A stretch of 64,000 nt of DNA, taken from Terriglobia bacterium. Lineage in GTDB: Bacteria; Acidobacteriota; Terriglobia; 2-12-FULL-54-10. How positions within the stretch are numbered: position 1 is the stretch's first letter; the number at the start of each line of letters is the position of its first letter. The stretch covers positions 576,001 to 640,000 of the forward strand of contig CAXVYR010000004.1 in the NCBI GenBank assembly GCA_963666975.2, read 5' to 3'. Below, one piece after another: positions 31,129 through 41,973 of this stretch. The notes under the pieces are model-generated. The model was not told the DNA's origin and ran no database searches. It worked only from the letters and a program-made list of their open reading frames with translations. A program made the position numbers and the translations under genes.

Positions 31129-31536
31129 TTAGACGCGCCTCTTCTTCGGGGGGCGGCAACCGTTGTGCGGAATGGGCGTCACATCCTTGATGCTTTTGAC
31201 CTCCAAGCCCACTACCGAGAGTGCGCGGATGGCGGACTCTCGCCCCGAACCCGGGCCTTTCACCCGGACCTCGACACTTCGCAGGCCGTGGTCGCGGGCG
31301 GCATTGGCTGCGTGCTGGGCGGCCTGCTGGGCGGCAAACGGCGTTCCCTTGCGGGACCCCCGAAAGCCCAGCGACCCTGCGCTCGACCAGGAAATCACGT
31401 TTCCACTCAGGTCAGAGATCGTAACCACCGTATTGTTAAAGGTGGCCTGGATGTGCGCGATCCCGCTGGAAATGTGCTTCTTCTCTCGCTTCTTAAAAGC
31501 TTTCTTTTTCCCCTGCTTGGCGGGTGCTTTTGCCAT
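31129..31536 (-). CDS. rpsK: 30S ribosomal protein S11
   Basis: [31 protein letters not shown]. Confidence 0.98.
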   Translation of the reverse strand: MAKAPAKQGKKKAFKKREKKHISSGIAHIQATFNNTVVTISDLSGNVISWSSAGSLGFRGSRKGTPFAAQQAAQHAANAARDHGLRSVEVRVKGPGSGRESAIRALSVVGLEVKSIKDVTPIPHNGCRPPKKRRV

Positions 31537-31617
31537 CTATCCTCTGTCCTCCAAAAACTGCGCGGTTTCGCATCGAGCCCGCTTGGAGATTCCCAAACCT
31601 TCTCCTCGCGGTATGCG

Positions 31618-32004
31618 CTAAGTTTTCGCAGCAGACTTCTTCTTAATCGAGATCGTCCCTTTTCGCGGCCCTTTGCGGGTTCGGGCGTTGGTGTGGGACC
31701 GCTGGCCGCGGACAGGCAAGTTGCGGCGATGGCGCAGGCCCCGGTAGGAGCCGACCTCGATCAACCGGCGGATATTCATGGAGATTTCCTTCCGCAGATC
31801 TCCCTCGATGGCGCCTTCCTCTTCCAAAATCTTCCGGATCCGGCTTACCTCATCCTCGTTCAAATCCCGCACTTTCGTATCCGGGCTGACATCCGCTCTA
31901 TGTAAAATCGAATTGGCCCGTGCCCGGCCAATCCCGTAGATATAGGTCAGGCCGATCTCAGACCGTTTTGAGGGGGGTAAATCCACTCCGGCTATGCGTG
32001 CCAT
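31618..32004 (-). CDS. rpsM: 30S ribosomal protein S13
   Basis: [35 protein letters not shown]; AGGAGG RBS. Confidence 0.98.
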   Translation of the reverse strand: MARIAGVDLPPSKRSEIGLTYIYGIGRARANSILHRADVSPDTKVRDLNEDEVSRIRKILEEEGAIEGDLRKEISMNIRRLIEVGSYRGLRHRRNLPVRGQRSHTNARTRKGPRKGTISIKKKSAAKT

Positions 32005-32098
32005 TTTTCCTCCTGGGAACCGCGCCACCGCCTGACTTTGGCCTGCGGACGATCTCCGGTGCTGCCTGTTTGTTTCCCGGCGAAAAGCAAATCCACCT

Positions 32099-32212
32099 TC
32101 ATCCCTGGCGTTGTTTGTGCTTCATGTTCACACAGATCACCCGAACCACCCTTTTGCGGCGGATGATCTTGCACTTGTCGCAAATTTTTTTAACCGACGC
32201 TCGTACTTTCAT
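32099..32212 (-). CDS. rpmJ: 50S ribosomal protein L36 (zinc-binding type)
   Basis: Manual translation [37 protein letters not shown]; not in the ORF track. Confidence 0.97.
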   Translation of the reverse strand: MKVRASVKKICDKCKIIRRKRVVRVICVNMKHKQRQG

Positions 32213-32296
32213 ACCCGGATCCTTCCTGCCTGCCTGGCCGGCGGCATCCGCGCAAAATGCGTTTTCTTTTCCCAGCGCGGCCCGCCGGAGCGGCCC

Positions 32297-33046
32297 TCAG
32301 GGTTTCGTCAGGATCCACGGGCCGTTGCTGGTCACGACGACGCAGTGTTCAAAGTGCGCCGAATAGCTGCCGTCTTCGGTCACGGCAGTCCACTTGTCTT
32401 CCAACACTCGCGCTTCCGCTTTTCCCGCGTTCACCATGGGCTCAATCGCCAGCACCATTCCCTCTTGCAAGCGCGGTCCGTGGCCTGGAGTTCCATAGTT
32501 GGGCACCTTCGGATCCTCATGGAGACGGCTGCCGATCCCGTGTCCCACAAAATCGCGCACCACCGAGTAGCCGTGAGGCTCCACGTAATGCTGCACCGCA
32601 GCCGAAACGTCGCCCAAATGCGCATCCGGCCGGACATGATCGATTGCGGCATACAGAGACTCTTCGGTCACCCGCAGCAGTTTTTCCAATTCCGGCGAAA
32701 TGGTTCCCACGGGCACCGTCACGGCCGAATCGCTGTAGTAGCCTTCCGTCTTGACCCCTACGTCGATCTTCACGATGTCCCCTTCTTTCAAAATCCTTTG
32801 GGGGGAAGGGATCCCGTGCACGATTTCATTGTTGATGGAGGTGCACAAGATGCAAGGATAGTCATACAGCCCCTTAAAAGCCGCCTCCACCGCACGTTCG
32901 GCGAGTTTTTCTTCGGCCAGCTTTTCCAAATCATAGGTGGAAATTCCCGGTGCGACCCGTGCGCGCAACTCATCCAAAAGCTCCCACACGAGCAGTCCTC
33001 CCCGGCGCATCTTTTCCAGCTCCAGCGGTGACTTGCAAATAATCAT
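32297..33046 (-). CDS. map: Methionine aminopeptidase type I
   Basis: CTSINNEIVHGIP, GHGIG..LHEDP, AIEPM, SAHFEH. Confidence 0.97.
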   Translation of the reverse strand: MIICKSPLELEKMRRGGLLVWELLDELRARVAPGISTYDLEKLAEEKLAERAVEAAFKGLYDYPCILCTSINNEIVHGIPSPQRILKEGDIVKIDVGVKTEGYYSDSAVTVPVGTISPELEKLLRVTEESLYAAIDHVRPDAHLGDVSAAVQHYVEPHGYSVVRDFVGHGIGSRLHEDPKVPNYGTPGHGPRLQEGMVLAIEPMVNAGKAEARVLEDKWTAVTEDGSYSAHFEHCVVVTSNGPWILTKP

Positions 33047-33723
33047 GAGGCATTCAAAATGCGATTGATCGCTCCCGTGATCTTCTCCGGGGCTTGGTCC
33101 GCATCGACCTCATAGAACCGGCCTTCGTTTCTGTAAAAAGCGATCAGCGGCGCCGTCTGGGTTTCGTAAGCGGAAAGGCGCTCGCGAATTGTCTCCTCGC
33201 GATCATCCGGCCTCTGCTGCAGGGAGACGCCATCCTCATCGCAAATACCTGGTTGGGCAGGGGATTGCAAACTCAGGTTGTAAATCCGGTTGCACACCGG
33301 GCAGATTCTTCGGCCTGAGAGACGTTCAACCACAGTATTATAGCCCAGGCGCAAATGGATCACAACCGGAGCTCCGAACCCCTTCTGCTTTAGAATTCCC
33401 TGGAGCGCTTCTGCCTGGGCCAATGTTCGGGGATAGCCGTCCAGAAGAAATCCTCTGCCGCAATCGTCCCGGCTGATCCGCTCCTGGACCATCTCGTTCA
33501 CCACGTCATCACCCACCAGTTCCCCCGAATCCATCGTGGCCTTGGCCTTCAATCCCAGAGGCGTTTCCCTCTCCACGTTTTCCCGGAACATATCCCCCGT
33601 AGAGATGTGCGGGATCCCCAACTGTTTTACAATTTCCCTGGCCTGCGTTCCCTTCCCGGCTCCAGGCGGACCCAGAAAAACCAAAGGGCCCGGAGACGGG
33701 TTGGATATCTCCTGCCTTACCAT
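33043..33723 (-). CDS. adk: Adenylate kinase
   Basis: GPPGAGKGTQA, HISTGDMFR, LDGYPRT, QRPDD. Confidence 0.97.
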   Translation of the reverse strand: MVRQEISNPSPGPLVFLGPPGAGKGTQAREIVKQLGIPHISTGDMFRENVERETPLGLKAKATMDSGELVGDDVVNEMVQERISRDDCGRGFLLDGYPRTLAQAEALQGILKQKGFGAPVVIHLRLGYNTVVERLSGRRICPVCNRIYNLSLQSPAQPGICDEDGVSLQQRPDDREETIRERLSAYETQTAPLIAFYRNEGRFYEVDADQAPEKITGAINRILNAS

Positions 33724-33869
33724 GAGATCTCATTTCCCGGAGGCGACAATCCCGGGTGAATCACTCGGGATCGCCCGAAGGTTAGGCGCATCGTGCGCGT
33801 TTTTCCCTAACCAACCACTACCAGCCGATCCGCAGTATTGCCTTCCGGAAAGCCACCCCGAGGCTTCCC

Positions 33870-34313
33870 TCAGGAAGCAATCACCTCTGCCCGCCCTCCG
33901 GCCTTGGTGATCTTTTCCCTGGCCGCCCGGCTGAAAAAATGAGCCGAGACGCTTACCTTGCCTTTCAAATCCCCCTCGCCCAACACCTTGAGACCGGCGT
34001 AGAGCTTCTTGATTATCCCGCGCTGCAACAGAATTTCGGGAGAAATTTCCTTTTCCGCCAAGGGGGCGATCTGCTTCAGATTCACAATGGCAAAACGCTT
34101 CCGGAAAATATTCCGAAACCCCCGCTTGGGCAGCCGCCGCTGCAAGGGCATCTGCCCGCCCTCGAAACCGCGCTTCCTGTGGCTCCCCGAGCGGGAACGC
34201 TGCCCCTTGTGCCCGCGGGCGGAGGTTTTGCCGTGCCCGCTGCCCATACCCCGGCCTACACGCTTGGTGGCGTGTGTTTGTCCGCGCGGCACTGACAACG
34301 AACTCAAATTCAT
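33870..34313 (-). CDS. rplO: 50S ribosomal protein L15
   Basis: RVGRGMGSGHGKTSARGHKGQ, FEGGQMPL.RRLPKRGF. Confidence 0.98.
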   Translation of the reverse strand: MNLSSLSVPRGQTHATKRVGRGMGSGHGKTSARGHKGQRSRSGSHRKRGFEGGQMPLQRRLPKRGFRNIFRKRFAIVNLKQIAPLAEKEISPEILLQRGIIKKLYAGLKVLGEGDLKGKVSVSAHFFSRAAREKITKAGGRAEVIAS

Positions 34314-34334
34314 CCGATCCTCCTCGAAAACCCT

Positions 34335-34526
34335 CTACTCCACAATCCGGACCAAGTGGGACACTTTGAGAATCATCCCCCGAATGGAATCGTCGTCGGG
34401 CCTTTCAACCACCTGCTGAAGCTTCCGGAAGCCCAAGCCGCGCAGCACCAGTTTCTGCTTCTTGGGAAATCCGATCCCGCTGCGCACCCATTGGATTCGG
34501 ATTGTTTTCGTTTGCTTTTTGGCCAT
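34335..34526 (-). CDS. rpmD: 50S ribosomal protein L30
   Basis: VRSGIG, LRGLG, IRGMILKVSHLV; position between rpsE and rplO. Confidence 0.95.
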   Translation of the reverse strand: MAKKQTKTIRIQWVRSGIGFPKKQKLVLRGLGFRKLQQVVERPDDDSIRGMILKVSHLVRIVE

Positions 34527-34610
34527 CCGGAATCTCCCGCTTCAAGCTCCCACATCAATCTTCGACATCCTGCCCTCGCTGACGCTGCTCACTTTGCCCT
34601 AGCTTGGCCC

Positions 34611-34715
34611 CTGGTTTAGGACTCTGGTTTAGGACTCGGGCCTGAGCGGCAAGAACACCTGAGCAACCATCCGCATACCATAGGCCCGATACCATAAGCC
34701 CAATGCCATAAGCTC
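34611..34715. repeat. Short tandem repeats in the rpsE-rpmD spacer (13 bp x2; 14 bp x3)
   Basis: CTGGTTTAGGACT x2 at 34611..34636; CATACCATAGGCCC GATACCATAAGCCC AATGCCATAAGCTC at 34674..34715. Confidence 0.85.
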
Positions 34716-34762
34716 CTGCTTGCCAGCCGACCCGCGCTCACATCCCGTAGGAGAACGCCGGG

Positions 34763-35281
34763 CTAGCGTTCCTGCGCCGGGCGCTCTTGCAACCCGTCCG
34801 GCGAACCGGTGGCCGCCGGCTTGCGCGCACGGAGTTCCGTGAGGCCTACCATGGTGGCTTTGACAACGTTGTGCGGGTTGGTTGTGCCCAGCGACTTCGT
34901 AAAAACGTTCTGAATCCCGGCTGCCTGCAGCACAGCCCGTACGGGGCCGCCGGCTATTACTCCGGTCCCTTCCGGAGCCGGTTTTAAGAGCACGAAACCA
35001 GCGCCGAAGTGACCCACGACTCGATGGGGAATAGTGGCCTTGAATAGATTAATCTTCTTCAGGTTCTTCTTCGCAACCTCGATTCCCTTCCGAATCGCCG
35101 ATGGAACGTCTTTAGCTTTCCCCATCCCAAAACCCACAATCCCCCGTTCCGGGTCGCCGACCACCACCAGCGCGCTAAAACTCATGTTCTTACCACCCTT
35201 GACGACCTTGGTCACCCGGTTGATGGAAACCACTTGGTCCTTCAGTTGGAGGGTGGCCGGGTCAATCCGTTTACTTTCCAA
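34763..35281 (-). CDS. rpsE: 30S ribosomal protein S5
   Basis: [24 protein letters not shown]; TTG start. Confidence 0.98.
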   Translation of the reverse strand: MESKRIDPATLQLKDQVVSINRVTKVVKGGKNMSFSALVVVGDPERGIVGFGMGKAKDVPSAIRKGIEVAKKNLKKINLFKATIPHRVVGHFGAGFVLLKPAPEGTGVIAGGPVRAVLQAAGIQNVFTKSLGTTNPHNVVKATMVGLTELRARKPAATGSPDGLQERPAQER

Positions 35282-35291
35282 ACTTCCTCCC

Positions 35292-35654
35292 TTAAAACTT
35301 CAGTCCGGCTTCCCGGGCGGCGTCCGCCAGAGCCTTCACGCGGCCATGGTAACGATATCCGGCTCGGTCAAAAGCCACCTGGGTAATTCCTTTTTCGATA
35401 GCCCGTCCGGCGATCAATTTTCCCGCCTCGCAGGCAGCCGCAATGTTTCCGCCGCCTTTCAGCGGAAAACCCTTCTCGGCAGAACTGGCAGCAGCCAAGG
35501 TGCAACCCTTGCTATCGTCGATGACCTGAACATAAACGTGCTGGAGCGAACGGAAGATATTCAAGCGGGGCCGCGCCACCGTCCCACTGATTTTTTTCCG
35601 GATCTTGCGATGAATTTTTTTTCGCGCTTCATTCCGTCGAACTGGCGTGAACAT
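35292..35654 (-). CDS. rplR: 50S ribosomal protein L18
   Basis: [35 protein letters not shown]. Confidence 0.98.
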   Translation of the reverse strand: MFTPVRRNEARKKIHRKIRKKISGTVARPRLNIFRSLQHVYVQVIDDSKGCTLAAASSAEKGFPLKGGGNIAAACEAGKLIAGRAIEKGITQVAFDRAGYRYHGRVKALADAAREAGLKF

Positions 35655-35687
35655 AATCTAAACTCTGCTCCTCAGCAGCCAGGCGGG

Positions 35688-36227
35688 TTATTTCGCGCTA
35701 GCCCCTGTCTTGCCTACCTTCTTGCGCAGCACCTCGCCCGCATACCGAATGCCCTTGTTTTTGTAAGGGTCCGGCTTCCTCAGGGAACGGATATCGGCGG
35801 CGACCTGGCCCACTTTCTGCTTGTCAATGCCGCTCACAGAGAGCCGGGTTTGCTTCTCCACCGAAATCTGAATCCCTTCCGGGATCGGGAATTCAATGGG
35901 GTGAGAGTACCCCAAGGTAAACATTAGCATCTTGTCCTTCAACTCAGCCCGGTAACCGATGCCCACAATCTCCAAATCCTTCTGAAACCCTTTTGTTACT
36001 CCCGTCACGCAGTTGGCCAGCAGGCTGCGGATCAGCCCGTGCTTGGCAGCAAAGGAGTCATTCCGCCGCACCGCGACTAACTGGTTGTCATTTTTCTCCA
36101 CACGGATTCCATCGGGAATGTCCAGCACAAGATTCCCTTTAGGACCCTTCACCTCGACGGCGCTCGCCGCAATGCCCACCTGCACATCGGGCAGCAACGG
36201 AATCGGCTTTCTTCCAATCCGTGACAT
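35688..36227 (-). CDS. rplF: 50S ribosomal protein L6
   Basis: [26 protein letters not shown]. Confidence 0.98.
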   Translation of the reverse strand: MSRIGRKPIPLLPDVQVGIAASAVEVKGPKGNLVLDIPDGIRVEKNDNQLVAVRRNDSFAAKHGLIRSLLANCVTGVTKGFQKDLEIVGIGYRAELKDKMLMFTLGYSHPIEFPIPEGIQISVEKQTRLSVSGIDKQKVGQVAADIRSLRKPDPYKNKGIRYAGEVLRKKVGKTGASAK

Positions 36228-36290
36228 CGAAAACCCCTCGTAAGGATCGGCCTGTGCAGCAGCCGCCGTCCCGCATTCGCGGCAGCGGCG

Positions 36291-36689
36291 CTACCAAACC
36301 TCCAACAAAATCTCGCCGCCCACGCCTGCTTTGCGCGCCCGTTTCCCGGTCATCACACCCTGGGGAGTGGTGAGAATCGAATGACCCAGCCCGCCCAGAA
36401 CGGCGTGGATCTCCGAATGAGCAGCGTAGACTCTCCGTCCGGGGCGTGAAATCCGCACCAGGCTGGAGATCGCCGGCCCCTGGCCGGCGGAGTATTTCAA
36501 ACCAATCCGCAATGTCTTCTTGCGGTTCTCCTCCACCACCTTGTAGCTGGAGAGATAACCTTCCTCTTTCAGAATCCGTGCAACCTCCGCCTTCAAACGA
36601 GAGGAAGGCATTCCCACCCTCTGGTGGCGGCTTCGGATCGCGTTGCGGATCCGGGTCAGCATGTCTGCAATTGGGTCCGTAGTATTCAT
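36291..36689 (-). CDS. rpsH: 30S ribosomal protein S8
   Basis: [28 protein letters not shown]. Confidence 0.98.
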   Translation of the reverse strand: MNTTDPIADMLTRIRNAIRSRHQRVGMPSSRLKAEVARILKEEGYLSSYKVVEENRKKTLRIGLKYSAGQGPAISSLVRISRPGRRVYAAHSEIHAVLGGLGHSILTTPQGVMTGKRARKAGVGGEILLEVW

Positions 36690-36727
36690 AAATGCTCTCG
36701 CCTGTGCCGGCTATTCCCTGGCAGAGA

Positions 36728-36913
36728 TCACCAACTCGACTTGCGGACGCCCGGTATCTCGCCCAGCAGCGCCAGCGACCGAAAACACAACCGGCACATT
36801 CCAAATTTCCGCAAAAAGGCGCGCGACCGTCCGCACAGCTGGCAGCGGTTGTGCTGGCGAACCGCAAACTTCGGCTTCTTGCGGGCCTTCGCTATGTGAC
36901 ATGTTCGTGCCAT
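36728..36913 (-). CDS. rpsN: 30S ribosomal protein S14, type Z (zinc-binding)
   Basis: RCQLCGRSR...MCRLCFR...IPGVRKSSW, 61 aa. Confidence 0.97.
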   Translation of the reverse strand: MARTCHIAKARKKPKFAVRQHNRCQLCGRSRAFLRKFGMCRLCFRSLALLGEIPGVRKSSW

Positions 36914-36945
36914 CGCTTCTTTTTTCTCCCGCCGCCGTCCCGGCT

Positions 36946-37485
36946 TTAAGACCGGAACGGAACCCCGAGATGGCGCAGCAGCGACCGCGCCTCCTCGTCG
37001 GATTTCGCGCCCGTCACGAGCGTAATGTTCATTCCCCGAATCTTGTCCACCTTGGAGTAATCGATTTCCGGGAAGATCAACTGATCCCGGATTCCAATGG
37101 TGTAATTTCCCCGCCCGTCAAACGCCTTGGTGGGAAGACCCCGGAAGTCCCTTACACGAGGCAGCACAATATTGAGCAGGCGGTCCAGGAACTCATACAT
37201 CCGACGGCCCCGCAACGTGACCGAGCAACCGATAGGCACGCCCTCCCGCAGCTTGAAGGCTGCAATCGCCTTCCGGGCCCGGTTCACAATCGGTTTCTGC
37301 CCGGTAATGCGGGTCAAATCCTGCGTGGCCCCGTCAAGCAGCTTGACGTTCTGCGTCGCTTCGCCCACGCCTATGTTCACCACAACCTTTCGCAGTTGCG
37401 GGATGGCCATCGGGTTGGAGTATACGAACTCCTTTTGCATGGCGGGTGCAATTTCTTTCCGGTATCTTTCGAGCAGTCGGCTCAT
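36946..37485 (-). CDS. rplE: 50S ribosomal protein L5
   Basis: [31 protein letters not shown]. Confidence 0.98.
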   Translation of the reverse strand: MSRLLERYRKEIAPAMQKEFVYSNPMAIPQLRKVVVNIGVGEATQNVKLLDGATQDLTRITGQKPIVNRARKAIAAFKLREGVPIGCSVTLRGRRMYEFLDRLLNIVLPRVRDFRGLPTKAFDGRGNYTIGIRDQLIFPEIDYSKVDKIRGMNITLVTGAKSDEEARSLLRHLGVPFRS

Positions 37486-37526
37486 GGAATTTCCTTAGCT
37501 TGCTCCTCTATGCTGCCCGCTCCCCA

Positions 37527-37844
37527 TCATGGGTCCAGCGTATTGCCGCATTTCCGGCAGGTCCGAATCTTCTTCCCGTCCGGCAATTTCTGCAAGCGGA
37601 CGCGGATGGGGCCGCAAGAGGGGCAAAGCAGCATTACATTGGAGCGATGGACCGGCGTTTCCCGCTCCACGATGCCTCCCTTGACGTTCTTCTGCGGATT
37701 CGGACGCGTGTGACGCTTCACCACTTGAACGTGCTCCACCAGAACCCGGTTGCGGGCCAGGTCCAGGCCCAGCACCCTGCCCGTCTTGCCGCTGTCCCGC
37801 CCGGAAATCACTTTCACTTGATCGTTTTTCTTGATCAGCAACAT
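37527..37844 (-). CDS. rplX: 50S ribosomal protein L24
   Basis: IKKNDQVKVISGRDSGKTG, GGIVERE.PVH.SNV. Confidence 0.97.
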   Translation of the reverse strand: MLLIKKNDQVKVISGRDSGKTGRVLGLDLARNRVLVEHVQVVKRHTRPNPQKNVKGGIVERETPVHRSNVMLLCPSCGPIRVRLQKLPDGKKIRTCRKCGNTLDP

Positions 37845-37850
37845 GGCAAA

Positions 37851-38219
37851 TCACAATACCTCGGGGGCCAAGGACACAATCTTCAAATATTTTTTTTCCC
37901 GGAGCTCGCGAGCGACCGGGCCGAACACGCGCGTGCCGACCGGCTCGCCCGCCTCGTTGATCAGCACCGCCGCGTTCTGATCGAAGCGGATATAGGTGCC
38001 GTCCCGCCGCCGGTGCTCTTTCCGGGTGCGGACCACCACCGCCTTCACCACCGACCCCTTCTTGACGTTGCTGTTCGGGATCGCCTCCTTGACCGCGGCC
38101 GTAATGACATCTCCCAGCCCGGCGCGGCTGCCCACCGACCCGCCCAGCGGGAGAATGCAGGATATCCGGCGCGCCCCGGAATTATCTGCGACCTCCAGCA
38201 TTGTCCTCATCCCGATCAA
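37851..38219 (-). CDS. rplN: 50S ribosomal protein L14
   Basis: [35 protein letters not shown]. Confidence 0.98.
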   Translation of the reverse strand: MIGMRTMLEVADNSGARRISCILPLGGSVGSRAGLGDVITAAVKEAIPNSNVKKGSVVKAVVVRTRKEHRRRDGTYIRFDQNAAVLINEAGEPVGTRVFGPVARELREKKYLKIVSLAPEVL

Positions 38220-38326
38220 GTTAAATTCTCCTTAACCCTGCTTCTTTCTTGCTTCCTTATATCCATATATCCATCGCTTCCCCAGCCTCAGCTTTCCGGC
38301 CCGCTTGGAACCGGCGCAAAACAGGG

Positions 38327-38650
38327 TTATTGGACCGGCAGTTCCGGCTTTTCCCCGCCTTCGCTCTCGGAGAGCCCCACCTGAGGCACCCGGTAGAGAA
38401 TCTCCCGGAGACGCCACCGCTTCAAGCTGCTCAAGGGACGCGTTTCCACGATGCGGACGCGGTCGCCCAGGCGGCATTGGTTCGTCTCATCATGCGCATG
38501 GAATTTCTTGCTCCGGTTGACATACCGCCGGTACAACGGGTGCTGCACGCGCCGCGTGACCTTTACCACAATCGTCTTGTTTCCGGCGCAACTCACCACC
38601 CGGCCGACCTTGATGCTTCTGTGCCTGGACTGAACGGGCTTATCCGCCAT
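38327..38650 (-). CDS. rpsQ: 30S ribosomal protein S17
   Basis: GRVVS, HPLY, AHDE, ETRPLS..KRW. Confidence 0.97.
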   Translation of the reverse strand: MADKPVQSRHRSIKVGRVVSCAGNKTIVVKVTRRVQHPLYRRYVNRSKKFHAHDETNQCRLGDRVRIVETRPLSSLKRWRLREILYRVPQVGLSESEGGEKPELPVQ

Positions 38651-38846
38651 GGGCTTGCTTCAACTCCCTTTCCCGAAGAACGGTTTTCACCCGTGCGTTG
38701 TCCTTTCGCAAGGAACGCAATTTCTTGAGCCCCTCGGTCTGGCCTGTAGCGGCCTGGAAACGCAGCCTCCAAATCTGGCCTTCCAGGTCTTGCACGCGGG
38801 CTTCCAACTCAGCTTCGGTCAACTCCCGAATTTGATCCGCTTTCAT
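38640..38846 (-). CDS. rpmC: 50S ribosomal protein L29
   Basis: [18 protein letters not shown]; position. Confidence 0.95.
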   Translation of the reverse strand: MKADQIRELTEAELEARVQDLEGQIWRLRFQAATGQTEGLKKLRSLRKDNARVKTVLRERELKQAHGG

Positions 38847-38851
38847 GGCGC

Positions 38852-39265
38852 TCAGGCTCCCAACCGGCTTACAAATTTCGTTTTCACCGGAAGCTTGTGA
38901 CTGGCCAGTTTGATTGCTTCCTGGGCTACCTCCATGGCAACCCCCTCCATCTCAAAGAGGATCTTGCCCGGCCTCACCACCGCCACCCAATGCTCGGGGG
39001 CTCCTTTGCCTTTTCCCATCCTCGTCTCGGCCGGTTTTCGGGTAATCGGCTTGTCCGGAAACAGCCGAATCCAGATTTTTCCGCCCCGCTTGATCGCGCG
39101 GGTCATGGCCACGCGGCTGGCCTCAATTTGGCGGTCGGTAATCCAGGCTGCTTCCAGCACCTTCAAGCCGAAGTCGCCAAACTTCAGGTCTCCGCCCCGC
39201 CAGGCCTTCCCCCGGCGGCGGCCCCGCTGCTGCTTCCGGTGTTTCACTTTCTTGGGCATCAACAT
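38852..39265 (-). CDS. rplP: 50S ribosomal protein L16
   Basis: [27 protein letters not shown]. Confidence 0.98.
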   Translation of the reverse strand: MLMPKKVKHRKQQRGRRRGKAWRGGDLKFGDFGLKVLEAAWITDRQIEASRVAMTRAIKRGGKIWIRLFPDKPITRKPAETRMGKGKGAPEHWVAVVRPGKILFEMEGVAMEVAQEAIKLASHKLPVKTKFVSRLGA

Positions 39266-39291
39266 AGGCTGTCTCTATTCCTGCCGGGCTC

Positions 39292-39954
39292 CTACGCGGG
39301 CGGGAGGTGCGGCTCCTGCCGCTTCTTGGCATCCAGAATATCCCCTTTATAGATCCACACCTTTACGCCGATGATTCCGTAGGTGGTGTGCGCCTCCGCC
39401 AGTCCGTAATCAATGTCAGCTCGCAGCGTTGACAGCGGCAAGCGGCCCTGCAAGTTCCATTCCGTGCGGGCGATCTCCGCCCCATTCAGCCTCCCGGCAA
39501 CCCGCACCTTGATTCCCTTGCAGCCAAAGCGCTGCGCCGAGTCCACGGCTTTGCGGACGGCGCGGCGGAAGGCGATCCGCTTTTCCAGTTGCATGGCGAT
39601 GGATTCGGCCACCAACTGCGAGTCCAATTCCGGCTTGTGAACTTCCTGCACATCCAGGAAGACCTCCCGGTTGGTCCCTTTCTGCAAGTCGGCTTTTAGC
39701 TTGTCGATCTCAGCGCCCTTGCGTCCGATAACGATCCCGGGGCGCGCCGTGCGGATGCTGATTCGCAACTTGTTCGCCATCCGGTCGATTTCGATGCTGG
39801 AAATACCCGCCGCCCGCAGCCGGGTCTTCAATTCCTTCTTGAGCCGCAAGTCCTCGAGCAACAGCTCGCTGTAATCCCGCTTGGCAAACCACCGGGACTT
39901 CCATGGCTTGGTGTACCCCAGCCGAAAACCGTACGGATGAACTTTTTGCCCCAT
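39292..39954 (-). CDS. rpsC: 30S ribosomal protein S3
   Basis: [33 protein letters not shown]. Confidence 0.98.
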   Translation of the reverse strand: MGQKVHPYGFRLGYTKPWKSRWFAKRDYSELLLEDLRLKKELKTRLRAAGISSIEIDRMANKLRISIRTARPGIVIGRKGAEIDKLKADLQKGTNREVFLDVQEVHKPELDSQLVAESIAMQLEKRIAFRRAVRKAVDSAQRFGCKGIKVRVAGRLNGAEIARTEWNLQGRLPLSTLRADIDYGLAEAHTTYGIIGVKVWIYKGDILDAKKRQEPHLPPA

Positions 39955-39978
39955 ATTCGGTGCTCCCTCCGCCGCTGC

Positions 39979-40344
39979 TTACCCTGTGGAGAGTGTCTCC
40001 TCCGTTCCCTTTTTCTCAGCAACGCGGACTATGATATGGCTCGTCCGCCGCTGGTACCGATGAGCGCGTCCCATGGGAGCCGGGCGGATTCGCTTGGCGC
40101 GCGGTCCTTCGTTGACGTAGGTCGCCGAGACGTACAGATTATCCACGTCCACCGTCTCCGATTTCCCCTCGGCGTTGGCGATGGCCGAGCGCAACACCTT
40201 GCCCACCTCATGCGCCACCCGTTTTTTGGTGAACCGCAAGAGGCTCATCGCCTCCCCGGCATCCTTGCCCCGAATCAGGTCCACCACGAGGCGGACTTTT
40301 TGCGGAGAAACCCGAATGTATTTTGCCTCTGCTCTGGCTTCCAT
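39979..40344 (-). CDS. rplV: 50S ribosomal protein L22
   Basis: SPQKVRLVVDLIRG, SAIANA, NEGP..KR. Confidence 0.98.
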   Translation of the reverse strand: MEARAEAKYIRVSPQKVRLVVDLIRGKDAGEAMSLLRFTKKRVAHEVGKVLRSAIANAEGKSETVDVDNLYVSATYVNEGPRAKRIRPAPMGRAHRYQRRTSHIIVRVAEKKGTEETLSTG

Positions 40345-40367
40345 CCCAAAATCCTACTTCCTTCGGT

Positions 40368-40673
40368 TTAAGCGGGAGGCACACTGGCTGGCGCGGCGCT
40401 CCTCTCAACCGCAGCCTTCACCGAATGGCCTCGGTAGGTCCGTGTGGGAGAAAACTCTCCAAACTTGTGGCCTACCATGTTTTCTGTAACATAGACGGGG
40501 ATAAATTTCTTCCCGTTGTGAACCGCGACGGTGTGCCCCACCATCTCCGGCGTAACCGTGGAGCGCCGGGACCATGTGCGCACTACCTTCTTTTCATTCC
40601 TTCGGTTCAGCAACTCGATCTTCTTCAGCAAGTGATCGTCGACGAAAACGCCTTTTTTGATCGACCGTGCCAT
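40368..40673 (-). CDS. rpsS: 30S ribosomal protein S19
   Basis: [27 protein letters not shown]. Confidence 0.98.
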   Translation of the reverse strand: MARSIKKGVFVDDHLLKKIELLNRRNEKKVVRTWSRRSTVTPEMVGHTVAVHNGKKFIPVYVTENMVGHKFGEFSPTRTYRGHSVKAAVERSAAPASVPPA

Positions 40674-40735
40674 TCAAGCTCCTTTTAACCCTTGCCGGAA
40701 TTCCCCAATCCATGCATAACGATATCCTGCGCCCC

Positions 40736-41572
40736 CTACTTCGACTTCCTCGACTTCCGCCGGGACACAATGTAGCGGTCTGTCCTTTTGTTGTTGCGGG
40801 TCCTGTAACCGCGGGTCGGCTTGCCCCAGGGGGTCACCGGATTCCTCCCTCCGGAGGTCTTCCCTTCCCCTCCCCCGTGGGGATGATCCACCGGATTCAT
40901 GACCACCCCCCGAACGGTGGGCCGCCTCCCCAGCCATCGGGCCTTGCCAGCCTTGCCGTAGGTTACATTTTCATGGTCCACATTGCCTACCTGGCCGATG
41001 GTCGCCATGCACGCCACCGGCACCTTGCGAATTTCTCCCGAGGGAAGTTTCACCAAGGCCGTATCTCCCTCCTTGGAGACCAACTGCGCGGAACCTCCCG
41101 CGCTGCGAACCATCTGCGCTCCCTTGCCGGGCTTCAACTCCACATTGTGGATCGCCGTGCCTTCCGGAATGTTCCGGAGCGGCAAAGCGTTTCCAACCAG
41201 GATGTCCGCCTCCGGGCCGGAGACAATCGTACTGCCCACCGTCAGCCCGACCGGCTGCAAAATGTAACGCTTCTCGCCGTCCCGGTAATGGAGCAAGGCA
41301 ATACGGGCCGAGCGGTTCGGGTCATATTCCACCGAGGCCACGCGCGCCGGAATTCCCTTTTTATCCCGCAAGAAATCGATCAGCCGGTACTTGCGCTTGT
41401 GCCCCCCGCCCCGGTGCCAGACCGAAAGACGCCCCAGAGAGTTCCGCCCTCCGCGCCGCCTCTTCGGCTGCAGCAATGACTTCAAGGGCTTCTCGGCGGT
41501 GATCTCATCCCGCGAAACCGTGGTCTGAAACCGCCTTGTCGGCGTCGTAGGCCGGTAGGTCTTAATGGCCAT
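40736..41572 (-). CDS. rplB: 50S ribosomal protein L2
   Basis: [30 protein letters not shown]. Confidence 0.98.
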   Translation of the reverse strand: MAIKTYRPTTPTRRFQTTVSRDEITAEKPLKSLLQPKRRRGGRNSLGRLSVWHRGGGHKRKYRLIDFLRDKKGIPARVASVEYDPNRSARIALLHYRDGEKRYILQPVGLTVGSTIVSGPEADILVGNALPLRNIPEGTAIHNVELKPGKGAQMVRSAGGSAQLVSKEGDTALVKLPSGEIRKVPVACMATIGQVGNVDHENVTYGKAGKARWLGRRPTVRGVVMNPVDHPHGGGEGKTSGGRNPVTPWGKPTRGYRTRNNKRTDRYIVSRRKSRKSK

Positions 41573-41592
41573 TCTCAATCCACCTTATCCAC

Positions 41593-41648
41593 ATCCCCAA
41601 AACCTGATTCCCCAAACCCGATCCCGAAAACCTTATTCCGAAAGCCTT
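41593..41648. repeat. Four degenerate 14-bp tandem units in the rplW-rplB spacer
   Basis: ATCCCCAAAACCTG ATTCCCCAAACCCG ATCCCGAAAACCTT ATTCCGAAAGCCTT. Confidence 0.8.
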
Positions 41649-41682
41649 CTGGGGACGGGCGTTCCTTAAGCTCTTCAACTCT

Positions 41683-41973
41683 TCAACTCTTCTCCGCGTA
41701 CTCAATCATCTTCTCGCCGGACCGGAGTTTGACGTAGGCCTTCTTCCAATCGCTGCGAAAACCTATGCTGCGCCCGCGACGCCTCTGCTTGCCCTCAAAA
41801 TTGGCCGTCCGAACCGACTCCACCTTTACCTGGAAGAGCCGCTGAACCGCTTCCTTGACCTCCGTCTTGGTGGCGGCGGGATGCACCTCAAAGCAAAGCG
41901 TGCGGCGCTCATCTTTGGCCATCAGGCCCTTCTCGGTAATGATGGGACGCCGAATTACCTGGTACTGGTTCAT
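41683..41973 (-). CDS. rplW: 50S ribosomal protein L23
   Basis: RPIITEK, ATKTEVK.AV, WKKAYV; ATG overlaps the rplD stop. Confidence 0.97.
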   Translation of the reverse strand: MNQYQVIRRPIITEKGLMAKDERRTLCFEVHPAATKTEVKEAVQRLFQVKVESVRTANFEGKQRRRGRSIGFRSDWKKAYVKLRSGEKMIEYAEKS

